Source of the DNA: Girardia tigrina | Taxonomy: Eukaryota | Direction: 5' to 3' | Assembly (NCBI GenBank): GCA_001938485.1 | Contig: MQRK01243661.1 | Span: forward strand, 62,001-115,348 | DNA length: 53,348 bases | Shown: piece by piece, positions 1 through 13,340 of the stretch | Position numbering within the stretch: position 1 is the first letter of the stretch | How the letters are laid out: the number at the start of each line of letters is the position of its first letter | The notes under the pieces: generated by a model | Database searches by the model: none | Told to the model about the DNA's origin: nothing | Seen by the model: only the letters and a program-made list of their open reading frames with translations | Translations under genes and position numbers: made by a program

Positions 1-647
1 CTCAAATTATAAGTAAACATTGAGTTATAAAATTTAAATATTATTTTATACAATTAAGACTTTATTGTATAAACTACAGTTCTGCAATTAGCTTAAATTT
101 AAGTAGTTCTCTTAACTGGAAAATAGTCTTCAATACATTAACAGACACAAGTATGAGATGTATTAAAGTAACATTTTATCAATTAGGAATACATTTAAAT
201 GTGGTACAATACGATCTGGGTAAAAGTGTATTCTTTTGGCAAAAACATCGAAGTGACCCTTTCGATATCAAATATGGTTTCTCAAATGGTGATAGACACC
301 ATGAATTTATTAAAAACATTTTTTGTCGTGTAATAATTTCTTTTAATTGTTTCACTTCAACTAGTTGAAATGAATTTTATTCAATCATCTGGGATAATTA
401 GGTGTCCCTTTCATCAAACAAATTTGCAAACTTATCCATCACACTATGAAAAGGTTTTACTGAAAATCTAATAGCTGTCAAGCTAAAGAAACAATATAAA
501 GTTAAAAATACAGTTCATCTTCTTAGTGGAAAGAAATCATTTTTTATAGAAATTATTTACATGGAAATATAATTTCATATATAGCGCAATTTAAAGACTC
601 ACTCAATCAATTACAGGGTTGTTCGTAATTATATATACAGTGTGCAG

Positions 648-649
<2 letters not shown>

Positions 650-711
<62 letters not shown>
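650..711. repeat. (TA)n microsatellite at the 3' end of the RTE insertion
   Basis: Near-pure TA tandem array read directly. Confidence 0.95.
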
Positions 712-713
<2 letters not shown>

Positions 714-2020
714 CTTCTTTTTGACCTTAGCCGTTGGGCCGTGGGTGCAATTATAAACAAGGTACAATTATAAACAAGCCTTCGCCACATCTTTCTACTT
801 ATAGCTTCTTTTCTCAGAAATTCCATACTGAGTCCAGTCCATTATTTTAAATCGTCCATCCATTGCCTCTTTGATCTTCCTCTTGGACTTTCTCCTTCCA
901 CTCTTCCCTCAATCATAACCTTTGCTAATGCTTGTTTTCTTATTTGATGACCGTAAAATTTCAGCTTCCTTCTCTTGATGATCTCTTCTATTGATTCCGG
1001 TCTTTTACCTAGTATTTCTGTCATTCTCCTCCAAACAAAGTCATTTATCTTCTTTTCTTTCCACATGATCTTCAGCATTCTCCTGTAGCACTTCATTTCA
1101 AAAGCTTTAAGCCTATTCATACTCTTTTGATTTATTGCCCAACTCTCGCATCCATAGAGGAGTGCCCAGACAACAGCCTTAGTGATCTTCAATCTGCTCT
1201 TGAGATGGATTTCTTTGAGGTTAAAAACTGTGATAAGCTTAATCATTGCGCTTGTTGATATACCAATCCGGCTTCTGATTTCTTCTGCGCTTCCCCCATT
1301 CTCTGTGATAGTAGAGCCTAAATATTTGAAACTCCTTACTGGTTCCAGCTTCTCCCCTTCAATGAAAATCTCCAGTTTAACCTCGTTGTTATGGTTTCCT
1401 GAAACCATTACTTTGCTTTTTTGTCTGTTGATTTCCATTCCGAAATTGTTTGACGCTTTGTGTAATCTGTTCGCGAGTTCCTGAATCTCTGCCTCATCTT
1501 TGCCGATTAGGTCTATGTCCTCAGCAAATCGTAGGTTGGTTATTCTTGTTCCTCCGCAGCTTATTCCAACATCGTCTAGATCTTCTATTGCTTCCATAAC
1601 AATTCTCTCAAGAAAAAGGTTGAACAGTGTTGGTGAAAGAATGCAACCTTGTCTTACTCTTACTGATGATTTAAACCAGTCGCTAAATTGCTCACTTGTC
1701 AACACTTTTATCTTTGCATCTTCGTAAAGGCTCTTAATAATATTCGTGATATGTTTTCCTATGTTGTGTTTATTTATTGTGTGCCATAATGCTTTGTGCT
1801 ACACCCTGTCAAAAGCTTCTTTGAAATCTATAAAGTTATGACATTATTCGTTTGTGGTCTCTTGTTTTCTCACAAATTAGTCTTAAGTTGGTTATCTGCT
1901 CCGTAGTGCTGCGGTCTCTTCTGAAGCCTGCCTGCATCTTACTAAGAACTTGCTCCACTTTCGGTGTGATTCTTCTTTGTAAGACTTTCAGCATAACCTT
2001 TGATGCGTGACTGATCAAAT
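712..2020 (-). mobile_element. 5'-truncated, inactivated RTE-clade non-LTR retrotransposon (reverse transcriptase and C-terminal region)
   Basis: Motifs LISHASKVMLKVL, QAGFRRDRST, FIDFKEAFDRV, VRQGCILSP.LFN, RFAEDIDL (degenerate FADD), FKYLGS, LLYGCESW, RRKLKFYGH, GRPxxxW-like tail. A frameshift near 1836 and an in-frame stop inactivate it. It lies antisense to the PTP exons, probably inside an upstream PTP intron. Confidence 0.92.
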
Positions 2021-2022
2021 AA

Positions 2023-2098
2023 ATATATATATATATATATATATATATNNNNNNNNNNNNNNNNNNNNNNNNNNNNNNNNNNNNNNNNNNNNNNNNNN

Positions 2099-2144
<46 letters not shown>
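2023..2144. repeat. (TA)n microsatellite containing an assembly gap
   Basis: TA arrays either side of an N run; another TA array at about 2328-2362. Confidence 0.9.
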
Positions 2145-2147
<3 letters not shown>

Positions 2148-2324
2148 CTAAACGTAGTATATATAATTGTGCACAACCCCGTAAAATATTTGTGAAATGA
2201 ATAATCTAATTTAAACCAAACATCTGACCATTTCATATTTCTGGAAGGAAAGCTCATGTAAATGTACGAAGAAATTCGTCGCGGGGTCTATAATACAAGG
2301 ACAAACTATATCTAAAATTTAATA

Positions 2325-2364
<40 letters not shown>

Positions 2365-2654
2365 TTTGTGTGTGGAGTAATTCAATGGAAATTAAAATTT
2401 AAATAATCGAGGTGATTTATGAAATTGAAAATATATTTCTGTAAATCAAATTTTTGAAAAATTTATAATTGTCAACATTATTTTAATTGATGTGAAATAA
2501 AATCATAATGATCAGACCGTACTAGTCGCCATTTGAATATAATTCAGTAATCCTCAATCTAAATTCAGTTGTTCCTAGAACAAAATTTTAATGTTATTAT
2601 TCTCTTCAATACTATTTATAAGATTATAGAAAATCTTGATTTTTTAATTTATAG

Positions 2655-2868
2655 ACCGGACAAGAACATAGAGTCAACCACTTTTATTTTCATAGTTGGC
2701 CAGATCAAGGAATTCCAAACAGTAGTGAAGGTTTCTTGCATTTTATTACCCAAATACGTCAGACTTATCGACTCAACATTGCCAAACTTGGTTACGAGTC
2801 AGAAATGGATCAAAAAATCCCTCCTCCTCCTATTGTTGTACATTGCAGTGCTGGTATTGGTAGAACTG
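2655..2868 (+). CDS. PTPN9: Penultimate coding exon of a classical non-receptor protein tyrosine phosphatase, PTPN9/PTP-MEG2-like (WPD loop and catalytic P-loop)
   Basis: Acceptor ttatag|ACC and donor G|gtaaga. Translation TGQEHRVNHFYFHSWPDQGIP...PPPIVVHCSAGIGRT(G) has an intact WPD loop and HCSAGxGRTG. The insert before PPIVVHC resembles MEG2. The ortholog name is by recognition only. Confidence 0.88.
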
Positions 2869-4916
2869 GTAAGAATACTTTATTTTATTTATTCTACTTT
2901 TATGTTTATCAAATTCATTTGTGAATATAATATTTATGTACATTGACTTCAAGAATATTGATTATTTGGAATATTTAATTTGTGTATGAATTTTGTGTGC
3001 TGATTTGAGCAAATTGAAATTAGAATTGTGATTCTCCCACCCGTTTTTGAAAATTGATGCTTTATTGTATTTGCGATAACTGAACTTCAAACAGAATCGA
3101 CATTTTTTAAATTAATGAAAAAATTTAAATTTAAAGTAATAATGAAATAAAGACATTGTATAGGTTTGAATTAACTTTACAATTAGTTGCTATAATTAAA
3201 TGAAATATTTTTTCAAATAAATTAAAATGTAATTTTTTATAATGTAAAGTTTTTAAATTTTCATAACATGAATTTTATAGGAAATTTAAATAAAATAATG
3301 CTCAAGTTAAAAATGCAAATTGATTAATTTTATAAAGAATATCTTAATTTTAAATTTTGTAAATGATATTAAAAGGACAGAAATTTATTTGAATATTTAT
3401 TATTTAAAAAATTTAGGCCACTAATTAGAATAGTGACGAAAATGGAAGGATTTTCCAAGAGTTGTCAATGAGATTACTCTAATTGTAATGATAATAAATA
3501 TTTTAACGATAAATGTCTCTGCGAAGGACAGGCTCCCTCTTAAAATTTTTGAAACAATTAATTTTAATAAAAAAGTTCTAAAATAAGGAAATATTTAAAA
3601 TCAAAAGTTTTTTAAGCAATTATTATTAAAAAATATACCTTAATTAATTTTAAAAAGTTATTTTCAGAAATAATCAAATTAAAAACTTAAATAATCGAGT
3701 AAAAACTTGAAATGAAATTAATTGGGAAATAATGGATTTTTAAATAATTGATTTACAAGAAATATATAAAGACAAGGATAATTATGTTTGTACTAATTTA
3801 AAAAGTTATTCTAAAAAAATAAAATAATGAACTTTGTTGCCAGAGATGTAAAGTAAAAAACAACAGATAATTTTAAATTCAGTTTGAAATTCTGCAAATT
3901 AAAGATTTGACAAATACTTAATTCTAAACAGTTTTCGTAAAAAAATAAAAATTAAAACTTTTATCATTAATGTATCATAATAATAATAAAATTTTGAATA
4001 CTGTAAATTATTTTTTGTATTTGAAATTTGTATTGTATTTAAAATAATTGTAGGTAATGAAATGCTTTTAAATTGTATTTAAAATAATTGTAGGTACAAA
4101 ATGCTTTTAAACTGAAATATTGATAATAAATAAAACGTTAAAATCTTTTATTAATTAAAAACGATTTACAAATAAAAGAAAATAACATTAAACTAATTCT
4201 AAAATAATAAAAAATCATTTTTGTTAATTTAGTAAAAATATGACTACAATAAATTATGTTGGTTTTAATTTAAATTAAGTTGCATAAAATAGTGGAATGT
4301 AAATTTTCAAAATAAAGAGAATAAAAAAATTTCAATTTTAAAATAGCTTATCAGTATTTATAGTTCCATATTTTTATATAAAAATCTGGTAAAAAAAACG
4401 AAGAAAAGTTCCTCACGAAAAATTGTTTGAATAATTGTTATTTGTGATAGAAATAAAATTTGGTGTTAATGAATCTTAATTTCGATCAAGAACCCAACAG
4501 TCTCAATGATCCTTCCATGCATATATACAGTCTTCAAATGTAGTCAAATAATTATTTTTTTGCTGTTGTTTCCAAAGTAAAATTATCATTAATAAATTAG
4601 TCACTATTATATTTTATCCGAGTCAAAGGTCAAACTGAATCAACATGATGCAACTTGCAGAATCTGTAAGCTTGCTTAGAGTATTATACAGATTATATTG
4701 AATTTAAGTATCATGTTTTATGACGATAAAGCTTTAGTTTATGTAATCACTAGACAATATTTTCATTAATTTTTTATATATTTCTGTCAATGACAAAGTA
4801 AATTCAAGAAATTCATTTCTTAAATGTTTTTATGGATCAAGAGAGTAGATAAAACACAATAATAGATATAATGAACGGAGAAATTATCTGTCCTAGGTTA
4901 TTGTAATATTTTATAC

Positions 4917-6462
4917 CGGGGATGGCGAACCTTTTTTGATGTCCTTGCCACAAAGTCATAAAAGTTCTTTTTATAATAAGTAAGGTGCCACATTAAAATA
5001 TTCTTCGAAATGTTAGCGGGGTGAAACTATACCTAAGTATAATTACATAAACAAATAAAAACAATTTTTTATTAATCAACGTTTTACAAAAAGCAATATG
5101 TGCTGGAAACAAATTCACGTTAAAAACAATTTTTTAATATGATTTTTGTTGCTGATGATAACGATTTAATATCTGGTTCATATTTAGTTAATTTTAACAA
5201 TACGCATGCAGAGCTCGACTCATCCGTTATTCTATTCCTATATTTATTTTTTATAAAATTTAATTATGAAAATAGAAATTCACATGCCAACATCGAGGAA
5301 AATATTGATAAAATTGTATTTGGTTATATTTTTTAACAATTAAACGTGTCAGAAATTGAATTCTATGTAGTTAGAATTTCATCTTCTGCAATTTTATTTT
5401 TTTATCCCATAATCAATAATTTCTAAATCATTTCTTAAATCAACAAATTTTGGTTATACATGGTACTTGACCGAAATTCCACTAATTCATTAAAATTTAA
5501 CCTTTCAAGGACTTTTAAATTTAATTTTTCAAATGGTATTATATCCGGATATAAGATAAATTTTAAAGTTTCTTCAAATTCTTTAAACTACGTAAATCTT
5601 GCAGAAAATTCCTGAATCAGGCATTGAATTGTCAATGAAAATTCTTTCGTTAATGACTCTTTATTTGGCTTTTCGAGACACTCACTTTCAGAAAATAATT
5701 TTTTGTATTCGGAAAATATTTATTTGAATTTGAAAGAATATCAATATTGAAAATCTGTAATTTGACTTCGAACACTTTGATTAATTCAAACATTATAATG
5801 GCTGTTTTATTAACACCTTGTAGTTATATATATTTATTTCATTTAAGTGAGAGCATAAATCAGTGAAAAAATATAACTTTGCTACATCCAATAACTTATT
5901 GTATTGGTCAATAATGTTCTTATTATTTAGAAATAATCTTATTTCGTCCAAACAATCTAAAAATCTTTGCAAAACATTTCTGCGACCTAACCAACGTACA
6001 AAAGTAAGCTATTGTACGAAGAGTTTACTTCGTTTAACAATTCTTGGAATTTTCTTTTATTTAGTGCTCGTGCTAATATAAAATTGATTAATTTTGTTAC
6101 TCAAACTCAAAACATCATCATACATTTTAAACCTGTTTCGGCACATAACGCTGATTTGAGCGGTGCGACGGCAACAACATACAAAAGGGCGAAACTGGAT
6201 ACGCAAAAAATTATCTAATGTGCATCTTTATATACTTAGAGAGAATTCATGAGATATTTTAATAATAAAATGTATAATTTGACGGTTCTAGTTAACATAC
6301 TAAGGTATTAAGTACTACAAATTTATATCATAAATTATAAATTAAGTGTACATTAAAAAATTTTAATTCATTTCTATCAAAAAAGATAACTTAAATGAAA
6401 ATAACTTTCTTTTTGTGCTTGCCATCAAAATTTTCAAACGTGCCATTGGTTCGCCACCCCTG
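4917..6462 (-). mobile_element. Internally deleted hAT element (Charlie/SPIN, GTF2IRD2/EPM2AIP1-like transposase remnant)
   Basis: TIRs cggggatggcgaacc / ggttcgccacccctg; degenerate 8-bp flanks ttttatac / ttatatat. Minus-strand remnants VRWLGRRNVLQRF...LYFFTDLCSHLNE and C-terminal KNRITDE...LLKLTKYEPDIKSL. Confidence 0.8.
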
Positions 6463-7341
6463 TTATATATACACCAATGAATACACGTATATTTGATAAC
6501 AACAATCGTTTCTATATTGATGATCTCCAATGAGACACTGGTCTTTGTAAGCGTATTCCATATCACAAAATATTTCTTCGTTGGTGTTATCCAGCAACAA
6601 ATACAATTTTATAATATTTCAGTATTTTATATTATAGTGTCCATTTTATTGGAATTCGAATAAAAAAAATATAAGAAACATGTACAATTCCGCTATATAG
6701 TTTCATCAATAACACATAATTAATAGACCAGTATGTTTCCTTTCAATCTAGTTCGAGACCTTTTTGAATAAATTACGTGATATTTAGTAAGTAGTAAAGA
6801 TTTATAATTAAACTAAAATCACTGGATATTTTAGTTTGAGTGGGGAAAATGGAACATCGTCAATAATTTTTCTTTAAATACATTACAGAATTGATTCAAG
6901 TTATTGGCGAGTGTTTTATTATATTTTTATTACTGTTCCAAAGTAATGCTCGCAATATAGAATTAAGATTTCTATCAGTTTTGAGATGATACTCAACAAG
7001 GCTTGTTAAATGGACTAACCAGAGAGAATTTCTACAATTCTACGAGATTTAATTAGTCTCATTAAGAATATAATAGAAACAGACTGACTAACTTTTTGGG
7101 GGATAAAAGAATAAAAAAGAGAGGAAGGATAGGAAATTAATTTAACATAATATATTTTCAATGTATCATCGTAAGATTTTGACAAATTTGTTTGTAGATA
7201 GGAAATGAAATTTGTTTGATTACTTTTTAAATGAAGAAAAATATTCTTGTATATTTAATATTTTTGAAGTATGATTTACTTTACTTGTTCCAGTAATAAA
7301 GGTTCTAAGAATACTATAAATTAATCAGAAAATTAAAAAAT

Positions 7342-7895
7342 AATGGCAACTTATGTTTAAAAACAAAAACACGCCATTTGTTAAATAAACATTTACTTTT
7401 CACTACAATTAATTTTGACTGTATAACCGTCAGGTCTCAAGATAAAAATGAGTTTTACATCTGCTTATCTAGGCAAGCAGAGATTATGTCATCAATGGAT
7501 TGTTATGTCATACAAACACGCTCAATAGGTTTTTCGAGAGACTCGTTTGTACTGCTTGCCTATATAAGCAGATTTAAAATTCATTTTTTTTGAGACCTGA
7601 CAGCGACGTTTATACCGTCGAAATTACCGTATTTTTCCGTGTATATGACCCCCTTTTTGTCAAAATTTAATGAACATTTAATGCGAATTTTCAAAAATTA
7701 GTAAATATTTGAAATATTTTTCCAACAAAAAAGATTTCAATTAATTTTCTGGAATGAATTAAGGTACTTATTTGAACTTTTTTCCAAAAATTACCAAAAA
7801 ATAATGGGAGGGATCTTATACACGGAAAAATACGGTAATTGTCGTAAAAAATAAGTTTTTATTTAACAAACGGCGTGATTTTATTGGTAATAATA
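7342..7895. mobile_element. Palindromic non-autonomous inverted-repeat element (MITE/foldback), copy 1
   Basis: Arms are reverse complements (acgccatttgttaaata...gtataaccgtc...gtctcaa...tctgctta.taggcaagcag vs ctgcttgcctatataagcaga...gagacctgac...taacaaacggcgt). A second copy lies at about 9290-9615. Confidence 0.75.
7627..7835. mobile_element. pogo/Tigger-type MITE nested in the palindromic element
   Basis: TIRs CCGTATTTTTCCGTGTATA / TATACACGGAAAAATACGG with TA on both sides. Confidence 0.88.
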
Positions 7896-7951
7896 AATTA
7901 AGATTATATTTAACCAATATTTTGGATTTTTACATGTAAATTATTGTTTAG

Positions 7952-8304
7952 GTACTTATATTGTTACTGAAATCTGTACAAAAAGTCTCACTGATTGTGG
8001 AAGATTTAATCTTCATCAAGCAATGTTGAAAATTCGTAGTCAACGATATAAATGTGTCCAGAATGCGTACCAATATTTATTTTGTCGGAATACAATTATC
8101 GATTATGCAAAATTTATGGGATATTTAAATTGTCAAACTGGTGTTTCGGAAGACGTTGAACAATCCGAGGAAGAAGAGGAAGAAGAAGTTGAAGAGATAG
8201 ATGAAATTGATGAAATTGTGGAAGAAACTGATGAGATAGACGAAGTAATAGAAAATGAGACAGTTGAAGTAGTGTGTGATTCAACTAAATCCTCGTGTGA
8301 ATGA
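7952..8304 (+). CDS. PTPN9: Terminal coding exon of the PTPN9-like phosphatase (Q-loop and acidic tail)
   Basis: Acceptor tttag|GT completes the phase-1 Gly codon. Reads TYIVTEICTKSL...MLKIRSQRYKCVQNAYQYLFC (the R.QR...VQ...QY.F Q-loop), then an E/D-rich tail and TGA at 8302-8304. AATAAA at 8401. Confidence 0.88.
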
Positions 8305-9289
8305 AATTGACCTTTTCTCTTGAAGTTCAATACCATTGTGATTATTATAAAAATGTATAAAATTGAATAATTCTTTATTTGTTTATAAAGAGATTAATTT
8401 AATAAATATTTTTAACGAGGAATTCACTTGTTTTGATTTTTGCTTTGGAAAACATTGAAGCTAGAGCACAATTCGGTTAGCTTCGGCTAGAGTTGTAACC
8501 GATTTTTAAGGTTTTAGTTACATCGGTTGGGATCCAAGCTTTATGGGTGGTACAGTAAAATATAATCAATTCCACATCAAATTTCCAATGAATGCACACA
8601 ACAGAACATTGTATGATAAAATAACTATTGGAATTTGTACAAAGTTTGATCATTTTATCGCTTTATCAATAATGTATAAATAAAAACTTGAAATCAGTGC
8701 TTAAAACCAGTTTTATGATTATGAAAACGATATAAAATTTGTAGAGATTGTTAGTCGTGTAACAGTGTCATTAGCAATGTTGTGAAGGTCCTGATCACGA
8801 AGGATGTGTGGTCAAGTACGACAACAGAATATTGATTTAATGCGATCAGTTCAACACTTATGTCCTTCTCTTTCTGGAATTGATTCTGGTAGTTCTTTGA
8901 TGTTTTTGGCACCAAGTGGACTCAATGAGGGGCGATCCATGTTTTAATCAATGAGCGCAATCCATGTTTTAATCCCTGATTTGATCTCACTAATGGCTTA
9001 ATATATTTATTAGTATAAATGCGAAGTTGTTTATTCGTATAAAATTGTAAAAATTTTGTTTTAAAATTTGGTGTTTATAATTATTTTGTGCTATTATTAT
9101 ATTCTTAAACACATTTTGCAAAATCTATTTGTTTTACAGATTCCCCAGATTCATATTTTTTAAATGTAGAATAGTGTTAATCAATTTGTCAGACAAACCG
9201 GTATCTTGAAAATGTGTCTACCCCAAAACATCGACAGAAAAAAATAGAAATGGAAATAAATGTTTTAATTATTTAAAAAAATTAAAAAA

Positions 9290-9615
9290 TGATGGCAAAT
9301 TATTTTTAAAAACAAAAATACGCCATTTGTTAAATAGACATTTATTTCTCAAGACAATTAATTTCGACGGTATAACCGTCATCGTCAGGTCTCAAATGAA
9401 TGTCATTATTAAAAAATGAATTTTAAATCTGCTTATATAGGCAAGCAGTGATTATGTCATCTAAACACGCTCAATAGGGTTTTTGAAAGACCCGTTTGCA
9501 CATTAATCTTAGGATCTAAAAATCTGATATAAAGTGCTTCACAGGCCACCCCGACGGTTATACCGTCCAAATTTTTTTTTCATGAAAAATAAATGTATAT
9601 TTAATAAATGTTTTA
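9290..9615. mobile_element. Palindromic non-autonomous element, copy 2
   Basis: Closely matches 7342-7550; the right arm is partly retained. Confidence 0.7.
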
Positions 9616-9989
9616 ATGATAATAAAAATTTAAAATTAGAAAATTCACTAATTCGAAAAACATTTTAAATTCTCGAAAATTTTTCATGTTGCTTATAAAA
9701 ACCATCATTCACTTCTTTTTATATACTTGCTTTCGTGTCATCTTGTCACGTGTCCAGCCTCATTTTGCAATTTTAACCAACTTCCCATGGTGATATAGTG
9801 CTGATTTCTTCAGGGTAGTTGTATTTTGCTATAACGTATCGCTTGAACAAATATAATCATCTCAAAAAGTTAATTTTAATTTTTTTTGGCAAAAGTCGTT
9901 TTACGACTATCTACCAACGTTTAAACAGTTTTTGGCAATTTTAACCCACTTAACAAAAATTCAAAAAAAATATCATCGATTTAATTCAC

Positions 9990-10397
9990 CAATATATTCC
10001 AAAAACGCAGAATATCACCGAGGCTTGGCACAAAATATAGGAATGTGTAATTGGGCAATCCCATATCGGAATTTTAGTATCATAAAAGAGGTACAAAAAA
10101 ACAAGCATTTGTAAGTATTTATGTGGAATGTATTCTAAGAGGTGAACCTATCTTGAAAAGCAAAAAGCTTTTATTCAAAAAGAAAATAGGATAATAGTTG
10201 TAGCTAATAGTCGTTGTAATACTGATATATTGGAATATTAAAGAGAATTCATAATTTATCGTTTTAAATAAATTTTTAATTTATGTTTATTTTTTTATTA
10301 TATTGATATATTTGGTTATTTGATTTTTGTCGAGATTTTGGCTGTCAATATTTTGGCTTGTCAATATCTTGGCTGTCGATATGTTGGTCTGCTCCCC
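9990..10397 (+). mobile_element. MULE/Mutator 3' remnant
   Basis: Degenerate TQNITEAWHK..VIGQSHIG C-terminal transposase motif, then short subterminal tandem repeats (ttttggctgtc.atat) ending in ...tgctcccc. Confidence 0.5.
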
Positions 10398-11989
10398 TTG
10401 AAAATAAACACTCACTTAAGCAACATTTTTTGTTTGTTTACCAATATTTCTGACGATTACAAGGCAAATCTATTCGGATTAAGAATGGGAACAATTCAAT
10501 AGACTATTTCTTCGTAACTCGTGAGGAAAATCATCTCATTTTTTTATGAGAATCTGCAACTGGTTACCGGTCGTCTACAAAGATTACTTTACAGTGATCG
10601 GATTCAGGTTATTGAGCTTAGAGTTCGTTTTGGATGAGCCGATCATCAAGATTTATGAGAGTAGTCGATGTTTTAGAACTACCAAATATTGTTCTCTCGA
10701 GACGAACTTTTTGATTAAGACTTATGCAATGGTTAACATCGGTTTTGACTCGTTTGACGATCTGGAGATACTCGCGAAGTGTTATTTCGTTAACTGTTAA
10801 CTGAATAATTCCCTGGAAGATCTGAATGGTTGAGTTTTTCAAGCTCCATTTTATGAAATTATATTAACGGAAAATTATTATTAATCTGACTGTTGCGGTC
10901 GTACTTCGCTATTCTTTACGCACCTTCATCTCATATCTTAATGCCCATGTACCACTACTCGAATTTTACAGAAATTTACTTTTATTAAAAACAAATAATA
11001 ATAATAAGAACAATAATAAACCAAAAATCGGAAGTATCTGTATTAATAGTTATTAAATAAAACAAAATTCAATCCCCTTGTCGGATGTTGTCCTATTCGT
11101 GTATCCCGATCCCTTCTGATTTTTCAGTTTTCCTACTAGAAAAATAATTTAAAATGTCCAATTTTAATAAAAATAAATTTCTTTATATTCAATATTGCTT
11201 CCAGATGTTAGACATTCAGCTGACACGTCAATCGACAACCTCGAGAAAGCGGACATCTTTAGGATTTCATATCTGTGCCTTTCGATCTCATGGCACCTTC
11301 CGATTACCAGGGCAAAGCCTTGATATATTCTTGAAAAACAAAATAATTAATTACACATAGGCCAATTAAGAAAACTTACGATTTTCAATATGGCCACAAT
11401 TAATCATCATCGTATAACACGAACAAAGATCTGTCATAGAATTAGTTTGTTGTCAACCGGTGTGCGCAAATTCCTAGTCGCATTGGTATGATGGGTGTGC
11501 GCCGCCCGAGTTCTTCGTTTACGCCGTGTTGCCAAGCTTGATATAAAAGTAGCGTTCAATCATGTTCATTTTTACAATTCTACTTATTTACTGATTTACT
11601 TTTATATACTGATGATTCTGTAAATTCGCAGATGAACCTCTTACTCAACGGTTAGCAACTCCATCCCAACTTAATTGCCAAGAGAAACGAAGTACGACAG
11701 GACCACAGTGGAGGCATTTTCATTTATATTTAGTTTTATATTTTAATGTTGTGTTATTTTTATTTTAATTTATTTAATAGTGTTTTGATTTTATTCATTG
11801 TTGTAATTTTGTTATATCACCAAAATATATTTTACTACAGTGGCTTGAAGTTAACTGCATTGAATTAGCAGTTAACTGCAAATTGATGCCAAAACATCTT
11901 AAAATTAATCATTATTTTTTCATTTATATGCATAAAAAAGAAGTAAGATATTTTTTTAAATATTTATTTTAATATAAAATTACAGAAAA

Positions 11990-13340
11990 TTTTCCATATG
12001 TGGTGCCGCACATATGGAAAAGCTGTGAGAACACGTGAAACACATCTGGCTTCTTCAATCAAAGACCATTTGACAAGCAAGAGACATATGTAAGCCAAAA
12101 CGTCTACTACAGAAGTAAAACAGATATCATTGTGCAGCTATTTTGAAGAAGGAAACAAGATGTTGTCTGAGAGATCTGAGTTTTTTCTTGATTTGACAAA
12201 CTTACTTATCAAGTGTAATATACCTTTATAAAAAGTTGCAAATTCTGTCTTTATTGACTTCATAAAAAAGTATACAAATCATACGTGTTCGGATGAAAGT
12301 ACTTTAAGAAAGAATAATGTAGATGTTCTTTTTTCTACAAAATTTAAATTTAATCCGCATTATTATTGGCAAAAACAATGTTTTTTATTTTAGATGAATC
12401 AACTGATATAGTTGGCAGGCAAGTATTAAGTATTTTTGTTGGGAAACTTGACAGAGCTCCGAGCAAGCCGATGCTGCTAAATTCAGTTGTCCATGATGGA
12501 GCAAATGCATTAACAGTATCTCCGGCATTTTTAAGTAGCCTGATGTTCTATGACCAGATGAAAAACAATATAATCGTGTGTGGTTGGTTGTCCCCGATGC
12601 TGCACCTTACATGATTTCTGCATTTAAAAAACTGAAAGAAACATTGTTCCCAAGTTTGCATCATGTAACATGCTTAGCACATGCTTTACATCGAGTGTAT
12701 GAAAGAATAAGAGAAGAATTCGGAGATATAAATTTATTTATATCATTGATGAAGAAGGTTCTTTTCAAGTTAAATGAAAGAACCAACATTTATAAAAGCA
12801 TCACAGGGGCTTCCATTTCCACCAAATCCAGTCATTACACGACGGGCAACATTTATTGAGAGCGCAATGTTTTATTTAGACAATTTTACAAAAATTATAG
12901 ATTTTATACGCGAACTTGAGATTGATTCAATGGATACCAGAAAACTTAAAGATTTGGTTGAAGCAAGAATTATTTTTGATTATCTCTTGAAATTCTCCTA
13001 ATTCAGATTTTTAAAAGAAAAGTTTGCGCAATTAGAAGTTGAAAATTCAAAGCTGAGCACAACACTTAGCATTGTTGAAGAAATAAAATCCCAGTTGGGT
13101 GGCTTTGCAAAAGATAAATTTCTTTATTTTCTGAACAAGAATCCTGATTTGGCTTTATTCACATCAAGAGAAAAAGATTTGACATTTCTAAGCAAAATTT
13201 GCTATTCTCCTCTTGTTTCGGTGTCAGTTGAGAGATCTTTTTCTCAGTACAAAACAATTCTGAGCTCTTTAAGACAACGTTTTACCTTTCTAAATTTGGA
13301 AAAAAATGAACATTCTATATTTTAATGCATTTTTAGAATA
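11990..13340 (+). mobile_element. Fragmented hAT-like transposase of the CGGBP1-related type
   Basis: Frameshifted pieces: SIKDHLTSKRH zinc-finger end, FFLDLTNLLIKCNIP...DESTLRK, ILDESTD, DAAPYM...HVTCLAHALH, PPNPVITR, SVSVERSFSQYKTIL. Confidence 0.82.

Noticed and set aside
629-826. ORFs with YIYIYI runs (also 2007-2257, 14255-14701, 22151-22363, 50772-50978)
   Set aside because: Translations of (TA)n microsatellites and N gaps.
2569-2946. 125-aa ORF overlapping the PTP exon
   Set aside because: Alternative frame; the frame with WPD and HCSAGIGRTG has proper splice sites.
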